Counted from the first letter of the stretch, positions 23,802 to 33,748 are shown. The stretch is 40,311 bases of DNA from Thermoanaerobaculia bacterium (GCA_023717585.1 JAMQPJ010000216.1:1-40311), one strand, 5' to 3'. Notes: generated from the letters alone by a model not told the origin. A program made the numbers and translations.

Positions 23802-26555
23802 TCAAAGTCCCCGTCGTTTGAGAAGCGTCGGCCAGCCGAGGATGACGCGGACCGGACCATCGGTCGACCCAGCGACGGGCGTGGCAGCGATAAAGCGGTC
23901 GCCGGCTGGGCTCACGTCGTAGTCGAGGACGCCTGAGGCGAAACGGAAGAGCCGGGCTGGCGCGCCCGCGTCGACGACTGCGCCAAGCCGCACCGGCACG
24001 GCCATGAGGCTCCGGTCCGGCGCGAGATAGTAAAGCTCCTTCCCGTCGCGCCTCCACCGTGGCATCTGGCCGCCGCCCGTCGAGAGGCGCGTGCGCTTCC
24101 CGGAGTCGTCTCGGGGCGAGACGTACACCTCGATCGTGCCCGTCTCGTCGGAGCCGTAGGCAATCCAGCGGCCATCGGGCGAGAAGCGAGGGCTGCGCTC
24201 CCCGAACCGGGTCCGAAGATAGGGGACGGGCTTGCGATCGCCGAACAGGGGCAGCAGCCAGATGTCCTCACCTGTCCTTCGACTGCTCTCGGTGTAGGCG
24301 ACGAAGCGGCCGTCCGGCGACCAGTCCTCCGTCTGCTGCACACCCTCGTGCCTGAGAAGCTCCTTCTCGCTTCCGGGCGATCCGGCGTCCATCTCGTAGA
24401 GGTCGGGAGGACCATGGCGGTCCGACCGAAAGGCAACGCGGCGCCCGTCGGGCGACCAGACCGGAGCGTCTTCGGTGAAAGGAAGGAGCGTCAGACGCGT
24501 CGCGACCTTCCGCTCCAGCTCATGGACCCAGACGTCGGCGCTGCCTGTCTTGCGGTCGAAGACGCTGACGGCCAGCCTTCGGCCATCCGGCGATAGACGG
24601 ACGTTTTCCAGGTCGCCCTCCTCCACGAGCGTCGACGTTTCCAGACCGGCACGGTCCAGCCAGGCGACGCGCGAGGGCCGCCGACCCGCCTCGTACGCGA
24701 GCGCGCCGGATTGAGAGACGGAGAATCCTGCGTTGGCCGGGCCGTAGAAATAGTGAAGGCGGTCGACGACGGTGGTGGATTCGTCGGAGAGCTTCAGCGT
24801 CTTCGCGTCGAACGGCTGAGCGAGAAGGGAGCCGTCCCGGACCGACAGGAGGACTCCCGGCGGCGCGTACGCGACGCGCGAGCCGATTCTCGAAACGAGA
24901 GTCGTCTCGGCCGAGCCGAGGTCGCCCGCGCGCAGCTCGTGCAACATCTCCTCCGGCATCGGCACGACCGCCACGAAGAGAAAACGCCTGCCGTCAGGCA
25001 GGAAGTGCGGATAGATGTGCAGCTCTTCCGGCCGCGAAGGATCGGGACGCGTGACGCGCTGCGGCGTGCCGCCGCCGGATGGCACGCGGGAAATGGCCGG
25101 CGCCCCCCGGCCGGCCTCGGAGAAGAGGATCGTCCCATCTCCGCCCCACGTTCCGGGGCCTTCGTGCGGGGCGTCGCAGATCGTCTGCGGCGGCCCTCCC
25201 GCGGCGGGGACTTTCTTGAGCTTTCCCTCGGCAAAGAATCCGATGAAGCGGCTGTCGGGCGACCAGAACGGGGAGTCCGCGTCCTCCGTTCCTTCCATGG
25301 GTTCGGCGGCCAGGCTGTCGAGCCCGCGCAGGTAGAGCCGCGGGAGCCCGCGAGACCAGCCCACGAGGACCAGCCGGCTGCCGTCGGGCGAGATGGCGCT
25401 GTCGGTGGAGACTTCGCTGGACGAGAAGCTCGCTCCCGGCGGCAGCCCGACAGAGAAACGGACGAGGCGCTCCTCGCGAGCGGCGCGAGGTTGCCGCGAG
25501 AAGACGAGGACCGCCACCAGCGCGCCGAGCGCCAACGCCAGAAGAACCCAGGGCAGCGCGCGCGGCCCGCGGCGGCTGACGCCCTCGCCGGCCGGCGCGA
25601 GCCCCGCCTCGGGCAACCGGTCCCTCAGCATCGTCATATCGCGGGCTAGGTCCTGCGTCGAGGCGTAGCGCTCCTGAGGATCTTTCGCCAGGCAGCGCTC
25701 GATGATCCAGCGCAGAGGCATGGGGAGCTGCGCGTTCAGGGAGCCGACCGGCTCCGGCTCCTCCCTCAGGATCGCCGTGAGGGTTTCCACGCCGGTCGGC
25801 TTCCGGAATGGATGCCGGCCCGTGGCCATCTCGTAGAGGATGGAGCCGAAGGAGAACTGGTCGGAGCGGAAGTCGACCGGCTCGCCGCCCGCCTGCTCGG
25901 GAGACATGTACGCCACCGTCCCCACCACGATCCCCGGCTGCGTGTGCCGTGAAGCGGTCTGGGCCGCGGTGAGGTTCCCGGCATCGGTCGGGACGAGCTT
26001 CGCGAGGCCGAAGTCGAGAATCTTCACGAAGCCGTCCGTCGTCACCATGAGGTTCTCGGGCTTCAGGTCCCGGTGCACGATACCGGCCGCGTGGGCCCGG
26101 CCGAGCCCGGCAGCCACTTGCGCGGCGAGCTGCAGGAGCTTCTTGACGGGCAGCGGACCTGGCCTGAGAAAGGCGCGAAGCGTCTCGCCCTCGATCAGCT
26201 CCATGACGAGGAGGTGGCGGCCGGAGGAACCGGAAGAACCGGGGATTTCTTCGAATGAATAGATCGCCGCGATGTTCGGGTCGTTCATCGCGGCAAGAAG
26301 CCGCGCTTCCCGCTCGAAGCGCGCCTTCCGATCTTCCCCTTCCAGGAACGCTTCCGGCAAGATCTTGACCGCGACGTCTCTCGCGAGACGCGTGTCCCTT
26401 GCCCGGTAAACCTCCCCCATCCCGCCCGCCCCGAGCGGCGAAAGGACCTCGTACGGTCCGAGTCGGACTCCCGGCGCGATCGTCACGTTGTTTGACAGGG
26501 ATTCTAGCTGCGAACGAGTCGCGGACGTCTCGTACCCCGGCGCTCCGAGAGCCAC
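23802..26555 (-). CDS. Ser/Thr protein kinase with TM helix and C-terminal TolB-like WD40 beta-propeller
   Basis: LGAGGMGEVYRA, VAVKIL, HRDLKPENLMV, DFGLAK, YMSPEQ Hanks motifs. TM ALPWVLLALALGALVAVLVF. Repeated SPDG/WSPDG propeller blades. Confidence 0.9.
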   Translation of the reverse strand: MALGAPGYETSATRSQLESLSNNVTIAPGVRLGPYEVLSPLGAGGMGEVYRARDTRLARDVAVKILPEAFLEGEDRKARFEREARLLAAMNDPNIAAIYSFEEIPGSSGSSGRHLLVMELIEGETLRAFLRPGPLPVKKLLQLAAQVAAGLGRAHAAGIVHRDLKPENLMVTTDGFVKILDFGLAKLVPTDAGNLTAAQTASRHTQPGIVVGTVAYMSPEQAGGEPVDFRSDQFSFGSILYEMATGRHPFRKPTGVETLTAILREEPEPVGSLNAQLPMPLRWIIERCLAKDPQERYASTQDLARDMTMLRDRLPEAGLAPAGEGVSRRGPRALPWVLLALALGALVAVLVFSRQPRAAREERLVRFSVGLPPGASFSSSEVSTDSAISPDGSRLVLVGWSRGLPRLYLRGLDSLAAEPMEGTEDADSPFWSPDSRFIGFFAEGKLKKVPAAGGPPQTICDAPHEGPGTWGGDGTILFSEAGRGAPAISRVPSGGGTPQRVTRPDPSRPEELHIYPHFLPDGRRFLFVAVVPMPEEMLHELRAGDLGSAETTLVSRIGSRVAYAPPGVLLSVRDGSLLAQPFDAKTLKLSDESTTVVDRLHYFYGPANAGFSVSQSGALAYEAGRRPSRVAWLDRAGLETSTLVEEGDLENVRLSPDGRRLAVSVFDRKTGSADVWVHELERKVATRLTLLPFTEDAPVWSPDGRRVAFRSDRHGPPDLYEMDAGSPGSEKELLRHEGVQQTEDWSPDGRFVAYTESSRRTGEDIWLLPLFGDRKPVPYLRTRFGERSPRFSPDGRWIAYGSDETGTIEVYVSPRDDSGKRTRLSTGGGQMPRWRRDGKELYYLAPDRSLMAVPVRLGAVVDAGAPARLFRFASGVLDYDVSPAGDRFIAATPVAGSTDGPVRVILGWPTLLKRRGL

Positions 26556-26579
26556 GATCGCCGTTCCTGTCAGGGGGTC

Positions 26580-27701
26580 CTAGGCGCGGTGCAGCGGGCA
26601 GGGCGGCAAGTCGGCCGCATCGGTGTCGCCGCGCACACACGTCGAGGGGTCGCAGCGCTGGAGGCAGACGCAGCCGGAGGCCGTGAAGCTCCGGAGCACG
26701 ACGTCGTGCGAAAGATAGTGCGGCGCGTCGGGCTCTTCCCGAAAAAGGGCGGTCGACAGGTACTTCTTGTTGTCGTCCGAGAAGACGGTCACGACGACCG
26801 CGTTGCCGCCCAGCTCATCGAGGACCTTGAGGGCCCCGAGGAAGTTCGCGCCGGAGGAAATCCCGACGCCGAGTCCGAGCTCCCGGGCGATCTTCTGCGC
26901 CATGAGGATCGCGTCGCCGTCGTCGACGGCCACGACCGCGTCGAGGAAGGCGAGGTCCACGATGGACGGGATGAACTCGTCGGAGATCCCCTGGATCCGG
27001 TGCTTCCCGACCTTGTGGCCGGTCGACAACGTCGGCGAAGAGGCCGGCTCGAGCGGATGAACGCGCACTCCGGGCCGGCGGGCGCGGAGCGCGCGGCCGA
27101 CACCCATGACGGTGCCGCCCGTTCCGACTCCGGCGACGAAGGCGTCCGGAATCCGTCCGTCGTAACGGAGCTGCCACCAGATCTCGGCGCCCGTCGTCGC
27201 CTCGTGCGCGTCGGCGTTGTCGGCGTTCGAGAACTGGCGGGGAAGGAAGGCGCCGGGCGTCCGCGCGGCGAGCTCTTCGGCGCGCGCGATCGAACCGAGA
27301 AAGCCGCCCTCCTCCGTGCTCACGGGGCGCACGTCGGCACCGAGGCTCCGGATGAGATCCACGCGCTCGCGGCTCATCCAGTCGGGCATGAAGATGACGA
27401 CCGGGTGGCCGAGGGCACGGCCGATCGCCGAGAACGCGATCCCCGTGTTGCCGCTCGTCGCCTCGATGACGGTGCCTCCGCTTTTCAGGGCGCCTGTCTC
27501 GTAAGCCCGCGTGAGGATGTGAAGCGCCATCCGGTCCTTGATCGAGCCCGTGAGGCTGACGTGCTCGGCCTTCGCGAAGATCCGGCGGGAACGCCCGCGG
27601 AATTCGAGCTCGATCTCGAGGAGGGGCGTGTTTCCGACGAGGCTGTGGATCCCGCGAAGCCGTGCGTCGGCTGCGGCCACGGTGGGGGCGCTCGCGCTCA
27701 C
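26580..27701 (-). CDS. PLP-dependent cysteine synthase/CBS-family enzyme with Cys-rich C-terminal tail
   Basis: [16 protein letters not shown] (PLP Lys), [17 protein letters not shown] motifs of the CysK/CysM fold. An extra ~55-aa tail ends ...[35 protein letters not shown]. Confidence 0.85.
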   Translation of the reverse strand: MSASAPTVAAADARLRGIHSLVGNTPLLEIELEFRGRSRRIFAKAEHVSLTGSIKDRMALHILTRAYETGALKSGGTVIEATSGNTGIAFSAIGRALGHPVVIFMPDWMSRERVDLIRSLGADVRPVSTEEGGFLGSIARAEELAARTPGAFLPRQFSNADNADAHEATTGAEIWWQLRYDGRIPDAFVAGVGTGGTVMGVGRALRARRPGVRVHPLEPASSPTLSTGHKVGKHRIQGISDEFIPSIVDLAFLDAVVAVDDGDAILMAQKIARELGLGVGISSGANFLGALKVLDELGGNAVVVTVFSDDNKKYLSTALFREEPDAPHYLSHDVVLRSFTASGCVCLQRCDPSTCVRGDTDAADLPPCPLHRA

Positions 27702-27846
27702 AGGCCGAGGGTACAGCCTGCGGAGCGGGATCTTCCTGACGCAGTTGCTTCATGCGTCACCTTCCGGCGCCGGAAACGAGTGTCGTGCGATCGGGGGCAT
27801 AGAATGATTTTTTCGCGACGGCGTCCCGGACCGGGGAGGAATCGGC

Positions 27847-29331
27847 ATGACGGAAGGCCCGGAGAGAGCGGACACCTCGAGTGCCGGCGTTCCCCTCTGT
27901 GTCGATCTCGACGGGACGCTGATCCGAAGCGATCTCCTCTATGAGGGGCTCGCGCGACTCACGCAGGACGGATTCGGGTCGCTCTTCCTGGCCCCGTTCT
28001 GGCTCTCGAAGGGGAAGGCGGGCTTCAAGAGAGAAGTCGCGAACCGCATCGCGCTCGAACCGTCGATGCTTCCCTACGACCTGCGTCTCCTGGAATTCCT
28101 CCGGAAGGAGAAGGACCGGGGGCGGCGCCTCGTCCTCGCGACGGCGTCCGACCGCATCTGGGCGGAGAGCGTCGCCAAGCACCTCGAGATCTTCGACGAG
28201 GTGATGGGGAGCGACGGCACGACGAACCTCGGCGGCGAGGCCAAGGCGCGGGCGCTCGTCGAGCGGTTCGGAGACCGGGGATTCGACTACGCCGGAAACG
28301 GGGCGACGGACAGGCCCGTCTGGAAGAAGGCGCGCCGGGCGATTGCGGTGAACGCGTCGCCCGCGACCGAGACCGATCTGCGACAGGACGGGAATCTCGC
28401 CGAGCGCTTCCCGCCGTCTCCATTGGGACTGAAAACGATCGTCAAGGCCATCCGCGCCCGCCAGTGGGTCAAGAACCTCCTCGTTTTCATTCCGATCATC
28501 ACGGCGCACAAGCTGCTGGATGCGGGGATCCTCGCCGCAGGCGGCCTGGCGTTCGTGGCGATCTCTCTTTGCGCGTCGAGCATCTATCTCCTGAACGATC
28601 TCGTCGACCTGGAATCCGATCGCCGGCATCCCGAGAAACGGAGCCGGCCTCTCGCGAGCGGCAACCTCGCGATTCCCACGGCGATCCTTCTGTCTCTTTT
28701 CCTGATGGCGGCGGGCCTCGCGATTTCCCTGAGCCTTCCGGCGGACGCCGTGAAGCTCATCGGCGTCTACCTCGTCACGACGACGGCGTATTCCCTTTTC
28801 CTGAAGCGCCGCGTTCTCGTCGACGTCTTCACGCTGTCGTTGCTCTACACCCTCCGCGTCCTCCTCGGCGGCGCCGCGACGGGCCTCCTGCTCTCGCCCT
28901 GGTTTCTCGCTTTTTCGGTGTTCACGTTCCTGAGCCTCGCGTTCTGCAAGCGGGCGTCCGAGCTCGCACGGCTCAAGAAGTCCGAGATGATGGAGGCTCC
29001 GGGCCGGGCTTATTTCACGTGGGATCACCTCACCGTGCAGTCCTGCGGCATCACGAGCGGTTATCTGGCCGCCATCGTGCTCGCGCTCTATCTCCAGAGC
29101 GACACCGTGAGGCGCCTGTACGCGAGCCCGGCGTGGCTGTGGTTGATCGTACCCGTCTTCCTGTACTGGATCAGCCGGATCTGGGTCCTCGTCAACCGGG
29201 GCGTGATGGACGAGGACCCGGTTCTCTTCGCGACGAAGGACCGCGTCACCTGGCTGACGGCGGTCGTCAGCGCGGCCATCCTCGTCCTCGCGACCTACGG
29301 TCCGTTCCATCTGCCCGGCGTGCAGCCGTGA
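27847..29331 (+). CDS. fusion: HAD-like phosphatase domain + UbiA-family prenyltransferase (decaprenyl-phosphate phosphoribosyltransferase-like)
   Basis: N-terminal part: CVDLDGTLI (DxDxT), LATASD, GNGATD. C-terminal part: multi-TM with NDLVDLESDRRHPEKRSRPLASG, the Asp-rich motif typical of the DPPR-synthase branch of UbiA. Confidence 0.8.
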   Translation: MTEGPERADTSSAGVPLCVDLDGTLIRSDLLYEGLARLTQDGFGSLFLAPFWLSKGKAGFKREVANRIALEPSMLPYDLRLLEFLRKEKDRGRRLVLATASDRIWAESVAKHLEIFDEVMGSDGTTNLGGEAKARALVERFGDRGFDYAGNGATDRPVWKKARRAIAVNASPATETDLRQDGNLAERFPPSPLGLKTIVKAIRARQWVKNLLVFIPIITAHKLLDAGILAAGGLAFVAISLCASSIYLLNDLVDLESDRRHPEKRSRPLASGNLAIPTAILLSLFLMAAGLAISLSLPADAVKLIGVYLVTTTAYSLFLKRRVLVDVFTLSLLYTLRVLLGGAATGLLLSPWFLAFSVFTFLSLAFCKRASELARLKKSEMMEAPGRAYFTWDHLTVQSCGITSGYLAAIVLALYLQSDTVRRLYASPAWLWLIVPVFLYWISRIWVLVNRGVMDEDPVLFATKDRVTWLTAVVSAAILVLATYGPFHLPGVQP

Positions 29332-29360
29332 GCGCGCGTCCCGAGTGAAGCGATGTTCGA

Positions 29361-30041
29361 GTGAAGCCTCTCTTCTTCTTCGACCTCGATGACACCCTCG
29401 TCGACCATGGCGCGGCCGAGGAGGGCGCGCATCGCGAGACGCATGCCGCGCACGGCGCGCTCTTCGGGGGGATCGCGTTCGAGGACTGGCTCGCGTCCTA
29501 TCGCCGGAACAACCTGCGCCTCTGGCACGAGTACGGGAAGGGGGCGATCGACCGACCGACGCTCACGGCGCGCCGCTTCGCGCTGCCGCTCGCCGATCTC
29601 GGCCTCGACGCCGCGCACGCGGTCGCGGTCGGAACGTCGTACATGGCCGCCTATGGTCGCAACTGGCGGCTCATCGAGGGCGCCGAGGACGCGCTCGAGC
29701 ATGCGTCGCGGGAGGGAGTCGTCGGAATCCTGTCGAACGGATTCCGGGAGACGCAAAGGGCCAAGATCGCCCGGTTCGGCCTCGACCGATGGGTGCGCCA
29801 CGTGGTTCTCTCCGAGGACGTCGGCGCGATGAAGCCTTCGCGCGCCATCTTCGACGCGGCGGCGAAGGCAGCCGGTGGGGGAGAGCGCCGCCGGCTTTAC
29901 GTCGGGGACTGCTTCGACACGGACGTCGTGGGCGCGAAGGCGGCGGGCTGGTTTCCGATCCTCTTCGACCGCCGCGGCGCGGGCGCGCCCGAGCCCGTCA
30001 TCTTCGTGACGCGGCTCTCCGACCTCAAGCCTCTTCTCTGA
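29361..30041 (+). CDS. HAD-superfamily hydrolase
   Basis: FFFDLDDTLVDH motif I, ILSNG motif II, K...YVGDCFDTDVVGA motifs III/IV. GTG start. Confidence 0.85.
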   Translation: MKPLFFFDLDDTLVDHGAAEEGAHRETHAAHGALFGGIAFEDWLASYRRNNLRLWHEYGKGAIDRPTLTARRFALPLADLGLDAAHAVAVGTSYMAAYGRNWRLIEGAEDALEHASREGVVGILSNGFRETQRAKIARFGLDRWVRHVVLSEDVGAMKPSRAIFDAAAKAAGGGERRRLYVGDCFDTDVVGAKAAGWFPILFDRRGAGAPEPVIFVTRLSDLKPLL

Positions 30042-30045
30042 ATTC

Positions 30046-31563
30046 CTAGCGGACGCCGCTCTTCCCCGGGCCCGAAGGGGGCGTCATGGCCGAGGGGAGC
30101 GTCTTCCTCATCGCGGCGATCACGGGCTCGTTGCCCGGCGGCGGCTGGAAGCCGTGGTGCGTGAGGATGTGCCAGAGCCTGCCGATGACGGCCTCGGACT
30201 GGAGCGGCTTGGCGAGGACGTCGGTCGCGCCCGTCTGGATCGCGAACGCGAAGTGGCTGCGGTCGAGACGGGCCGAGGTGAGGACGACGGGCAGGGCGGT
30301 CGACGAGGCCTGGGCTTTGATCACACGCGTGACGTCGAAGCCGTCCATGCCCGGCAGCGCCACGTCCATGAGGACGAGGTCGACGGTGTCCTGCAGAAGC
30401 CTCTGCAGAGCCTCGGGCCCGTCCTTGGCCTCGAGAGCCCGGCAGCCGTGCCGCCCGAGAACGTCGGCGAGGCGCTTGCGCTCCTTCGCGTCGACCTCGA
30501 CGAGGAGAATGACGGGCGGGCGCGCCTTGATCTCGATGGGGGGCGTCGCGCTCGTTCCGACGGGGAGCGCCGGTGTCGGCATCACAGGCGTCGCCATCGA
30601 CCCGAGCTCGGGATGCGTCCCGCGGCCTGCGAGCGATTGGATCGGAGCGCCCGGCGCGCTCGGAGACGCGGCGGCCTCGACGCTCACGTGCGGCCCGGAA
30701 ACCGCCGGCACCTGACCGGACTCGAAGGGATGAAGCATGGCGAGCTCGGCCTCGAGATCGGCCGCCGTCGCGAAACGCTGCGCCGGTTCCTTCGCGAGCG
30801 CCTTGTAGACGATCGCGACGAGCTCGGGCGAGACGGTGGTCACCTGGCGCAGGCCGTCGGGCGGCTGTTCCGAGACGTGCTTCATCGCGATCACGAGCGG
30901 CGACTCGCCGTCGAAGGGCACCTTGCCGGTCAGCAGCTCGTACGCCATGACGCCGATCGAGTAGACGTCGCTGCGCGCGTCCGTCGGCCTGCCGAGCGCC
31001 TGCTCGGGAGACATGTAGTGGGGCGTTCCCACCATGACGCTGTCGAGCGTCAGCTGCTCGTTCGTCTTTCCGCGCGCGAGGCCGAAGTCCAGGATCGCGA
31101 CGGCCCCGTTCTCCTCGAGCATCACGTTCTGCGACTTGAGGTCGCGATGGATGATGCCGAGCTTGTGCGCCGCTTCGGTTCCGAGCGCGATCTGGCGGAG
31201 GATCGAGATCGCGCGCGCCTGCGGGAGCTTTCCCTCGAGCTGGATGACCGTGCGCAGGTCCTGGCCCGGCACGTACTCCATCGTGATGTAGGGAAAGTCG
31301 TTGCTCATCCCGAAGTCGTGGATGCGCGCCACGTTCGGGTGTTTGATCTTCCGGTTGAGGTTGATCTCGCGCTTGAAACGGAGCAAAAGCTGCTGGTCGT
31401 CGGTCTCCCAGTCGGGAGAGAGAACCTTGATGGCCACGACGTCGTCGAGGTCCAGATCCTGCGCCTTGAAGACGATCCCCATCCCGCCGCGCCCGACGGT
31501 TTCCTGCCATCGGTAACGCGTCAGTCCCTCGAAGAAGCGCTGGCGGAGGCGTTCCAGGTTCAT
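30046..31563 (-). CDS. hybrid Ser/Thr protein kinase with C-terminal response-regulator receiver (REC) domain
   Basis: ATG 31563 within ORF 30046..31677. GRGGMGIVFKA, VAIKVL, HRDLKSQNVML, DFGLAR, YMSPEQ. After a Pro/Ala-rich linker: ILLVEVD...DLVLMDVALPGMDGF...LTS...VLAKPL (REC). Confidence 0.85.
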   Translation of the reverse strand: MNLERLRQRFFEGLTRYRWQETVGRGGMGIVFKAQDLDLDDVVAIKVLSPDWETDDQQLLLRFKREINLNRKIKHPNVARIHDFGMSNDFPYITMEYVPGQDLRTVIQLEGKLPQARAISILRQIALGTEAAHKLGIIHRDLKSQNVMLEENGAVAILDFGLARGKTNEQLTLDSVMVGTPHYMSPEQALGRPTDARSDVYSIGVMAYELLTGKVPFDGESPLVIAMKHVSEQPPDGLRQVTTVSPELVAIVYKALAKEPAQRFATAADLEAELAMLHPFESGQVPAVSGPHVSVEAAASPSAPGAPIQSLAGRGTHPELGSMATPVMPTPALPVGTSATPPIEIKARPPVILLVEVDAKERKRLADVLGRHGCRALEAKDGPEALQRLLQDTVDLVLMDVALPGMDGFDVTRVIKAQASSTALPVVLTSARLDRSHFAFAIQTGATDVLAKPLQSEAVIGRLWHILTHHGFQPPPGNEPVIAAMRKTLPSAMTPPSGPGKSGVR

Positions 31564-31694
31564 AGGTTCGCGCCGGGAGGCCGGTCTGGTGCGTAGGGTA
31601 CAACCTCGGAGCCGATTCGCGTGGCCCGTCAGGGCCGGGCGTAAACTTTCCACCCCTCGAATGCGTCCGAATCTCATCTGTGGAGGATTCGAAG

Positions 31695-33740
31695 ATGAGC
31701 CTGCCGCGCCGCCCAGCCGTCGCCGTCCTCGCGCTCCTGGCGGCCGTCCTCTCGGGGAGAGCGTTTGCCGACGCTTTTGTCGACTCTCTCGCCGACTCTC
31801 TCGCCGACTCTCTCACGGGCGCGGCCGAGCGGGCGTCCGGCGCCGCTAACGCTCAGCGCGGAAACGACTTGGCGTTTGCGACTGGACACCTCGCGCCCGC
31901 CTCGGATTGCGCCTTCGCGGCCTCGCACGTCGATCCGGATGGGCGGGCGCGGCGCGCATCCGTGTCGCGCGTCACACGCGTAATGGCCGCCTCGCACCCG
32001 GCGGGGGCAGCCTCATCCCCCGGGCTCACGGGCGTCGTCAGCCACGTCAGGCGCGTCCTCCAGAACTACGTCGACGAGGAGATCTTCGGAGCGATCGACG
32101 CCGCAGGTGTGACGCCCGCCCCGCCGTCCTCGGACGCGGAATTCCTGCGCCGCGCGACCCTCGATCTGACCGGCCGCATTCCCGACGCGGCCACCGTGAC
32201 GGCGTTTCTCGCGGATCCGGCGGCCGACAAGCGTAGCCGGATGATCGACACGCTCCTCGCTTCGGACGCGTTCGTCGACCGGTGGGCGCAGTTCTTCGAC
32301 GACGTCTTCCGGAACACGTCGAACGCGGACAGCGGCCAGCTCTTCTTCGCGGGCCGGAACGCGCTGCATGCGTACTTCGTCGAGGCGCTCCGGTCGAAGA
32401 AGCCCTACGACCTCATCGCCCGCGAACTGGTCGCGGGGGCCGGACTGAACACCGCGAACGGGCAGGCGAACTTCGCCGTCCGGAACATCCAGCAGAACGG
32501 CCCGGCACAGGACACGTACGACAACCTCGGCGCGAGCGTGGGCTCGGCCTTTCTCGGCACGAACGCGATCTTCTGCACCTCCTGCCACAACGGAAGCGGA
32601 CACCTCGACTCCATCAACCTCTGGGGCTCGACGGTTCGGCGCCAGGACTTCTGGGGCATGTCGGCGTTCTTCGCGAAGACCCGGATCCCGCGAAGCGGGA
32701 CGCAGTTTCCCAACTACACGTACACGGTTCTCGACGACCCGGCGCTTCCCGACTATCGCCTCAACACCACGACGGGAAACAAGACGGACCGGACGAGCGC
32801 GTACTACACGACGGTTCCCGCGGGGATGACGCAGATCGCGCCGGCCTACCTCAGGACGCCGACGAATCCCCCGGGCGGCGCGCCGCAGCCCGGCGAAGGC
32901 TATCGGGCCGCCATGGGCCGCATCTTGACGGCCGATCCCCAGTTCGCGCGCGCGACGGTGAACACGCTCTGGAAGGAGATGTTCACGCTCGGAATCGTCG
33001 AGCCGGCGGACGGCTTCGACCTCCTGCGGCAGGACCCCGCGAATCCGCCTCCCGGCGCCTGGACGATTCAGCCGACGCATCCGAACCTCCTGACGCGCCT
33101 CGCGGACGATTTCACCGGGCACGGCTTCGACCTCCGCTACATCCTCTCGGTCATGGCGAAGTCGAGCGCCTACCAGCTCTCTTCCTTCTATCCGGGCACG
33201 TGGAACGACGCGTCGACGGCGCTCTTCGCGCGCCACTTTCCGCGGCGCCTGAGGGCGGAGGAGCTGTTCGACGCGATCACGAAGGCCACGAACGTTCCGG
33301 CGAGTCTCACCGTGAGCGGCGCCACGGGCCCGGTCGCGTGGGCAGGCCAGCTGCCCGACGTCAACGAGCCGGGATCGTCTTCCATCCGCAACTTCCTCGA
33401 CACGTTCATGCGCGGCGACCGCGACAGCGAGCCGCGTTCGAGCCAATTCTCGATCTCGCAGTCGCTCTCGCTGATGAACGACTCCGTCGTCGTCATTCCG
33501 CGCACGAGAAACAGCGCGGCCGGCTCGGCCGTGAACAAGTTGATCGCCGCGAACGCGACGCCGGCGGTCATCGTGGAAACGCTCTACGTGAGCACGCTCT
33601 CGCGCCGTCCGTCGAGCGACGAGCTCGCGAAGGGCGTCGCGCTGTTCTCGAATCTCGCGGCCGGCCAGACGAAGACGACCGTGGCCGAGGACCTGCAGTT
33701 CACGCTTCTCAACAAGCTCGACTTCATCTTCAATTATTGA
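31695..33740 (+). CDS. secreted DUF1549/DUF1553-family protein
   Basis: Signal peptide MSLPRRPAVAVLALLAAVLSGRAFA. FLRRATLDLTGRIP...DKRSRMIDTLLASDAFVDRWAQFF (DUF1549-like). FCTSCHNGSGH (C-x2-C-H). C-terminal FLDTFMRGDRDS...MNDS (DUF1553-like). Confidence 0.8.
   Translation: MSLPRRPAVAVLALLAAVLSGRAFADAFVDSLADSLADSLTGAAERASGAANAQRGNDLAFATGHLAPASDCAFAASHVDPDGRARRASVSRVTRVMAASHPAGAASSPGLTGVVSHVRRVLQNYVDEEIFGAIDAAGVTPAPPSSDAEFLRRATLDLTGRIPDAATVTAFLADPAADKRSRMIDTLLASDAFVDRWAQFFDDVFRNTSNADSGQLFFAGRNALHAYFVEALRSKKPYDLIARELVAGAGLNTANGQANFAVRNIQQNGPAQDTYDNLGASVGSAFLGTNAIFCTSCHNGSGHLDSINLWGSTVRRQDFWGMSAFFAKTRIPRSGTQFPNYTYTVLDDPALPDYRLNTTTGNKTDRTSAYYTTVPAGMTQIAPAYLRTPTNPPGGAPQPGEGYRAAMGRILTADPQFARATVNTLWKEMFTLGIVEPADGFDLLRQDPANPPPGAWTIQPTHPNLLTRLADDFTGHGFDLRYILSVMAKSSAYQLSSFYPGTWNDASTALFARHFPRRLRAEELFDAITKATNVPASLTVSGATGPVAWAGQLPDVNEPGSSSIRNFLDTFMRGDRDSEPRSSQFSISQSLSLMNDSVVVIPRTRNSAAGSAVNKLIAANATPAVIVETLYVSTLSRRPSSDELAKGVALFSNLAAGQTKTTVAEDLQFTLLNKLDFIFNY
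31779..31814 (+). repeat. 12-bp x3 in-frame tandem repeat (G[TC]CGACTCTCTC) encoding DSLA-DSLA-DSL just after the signal peptide
   Basis: Read directly: gtcgactctctc gccgactctctc gccgactctctc. Confidence 0.9.
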
Positions 33741-33748
33741 GGCGGACC

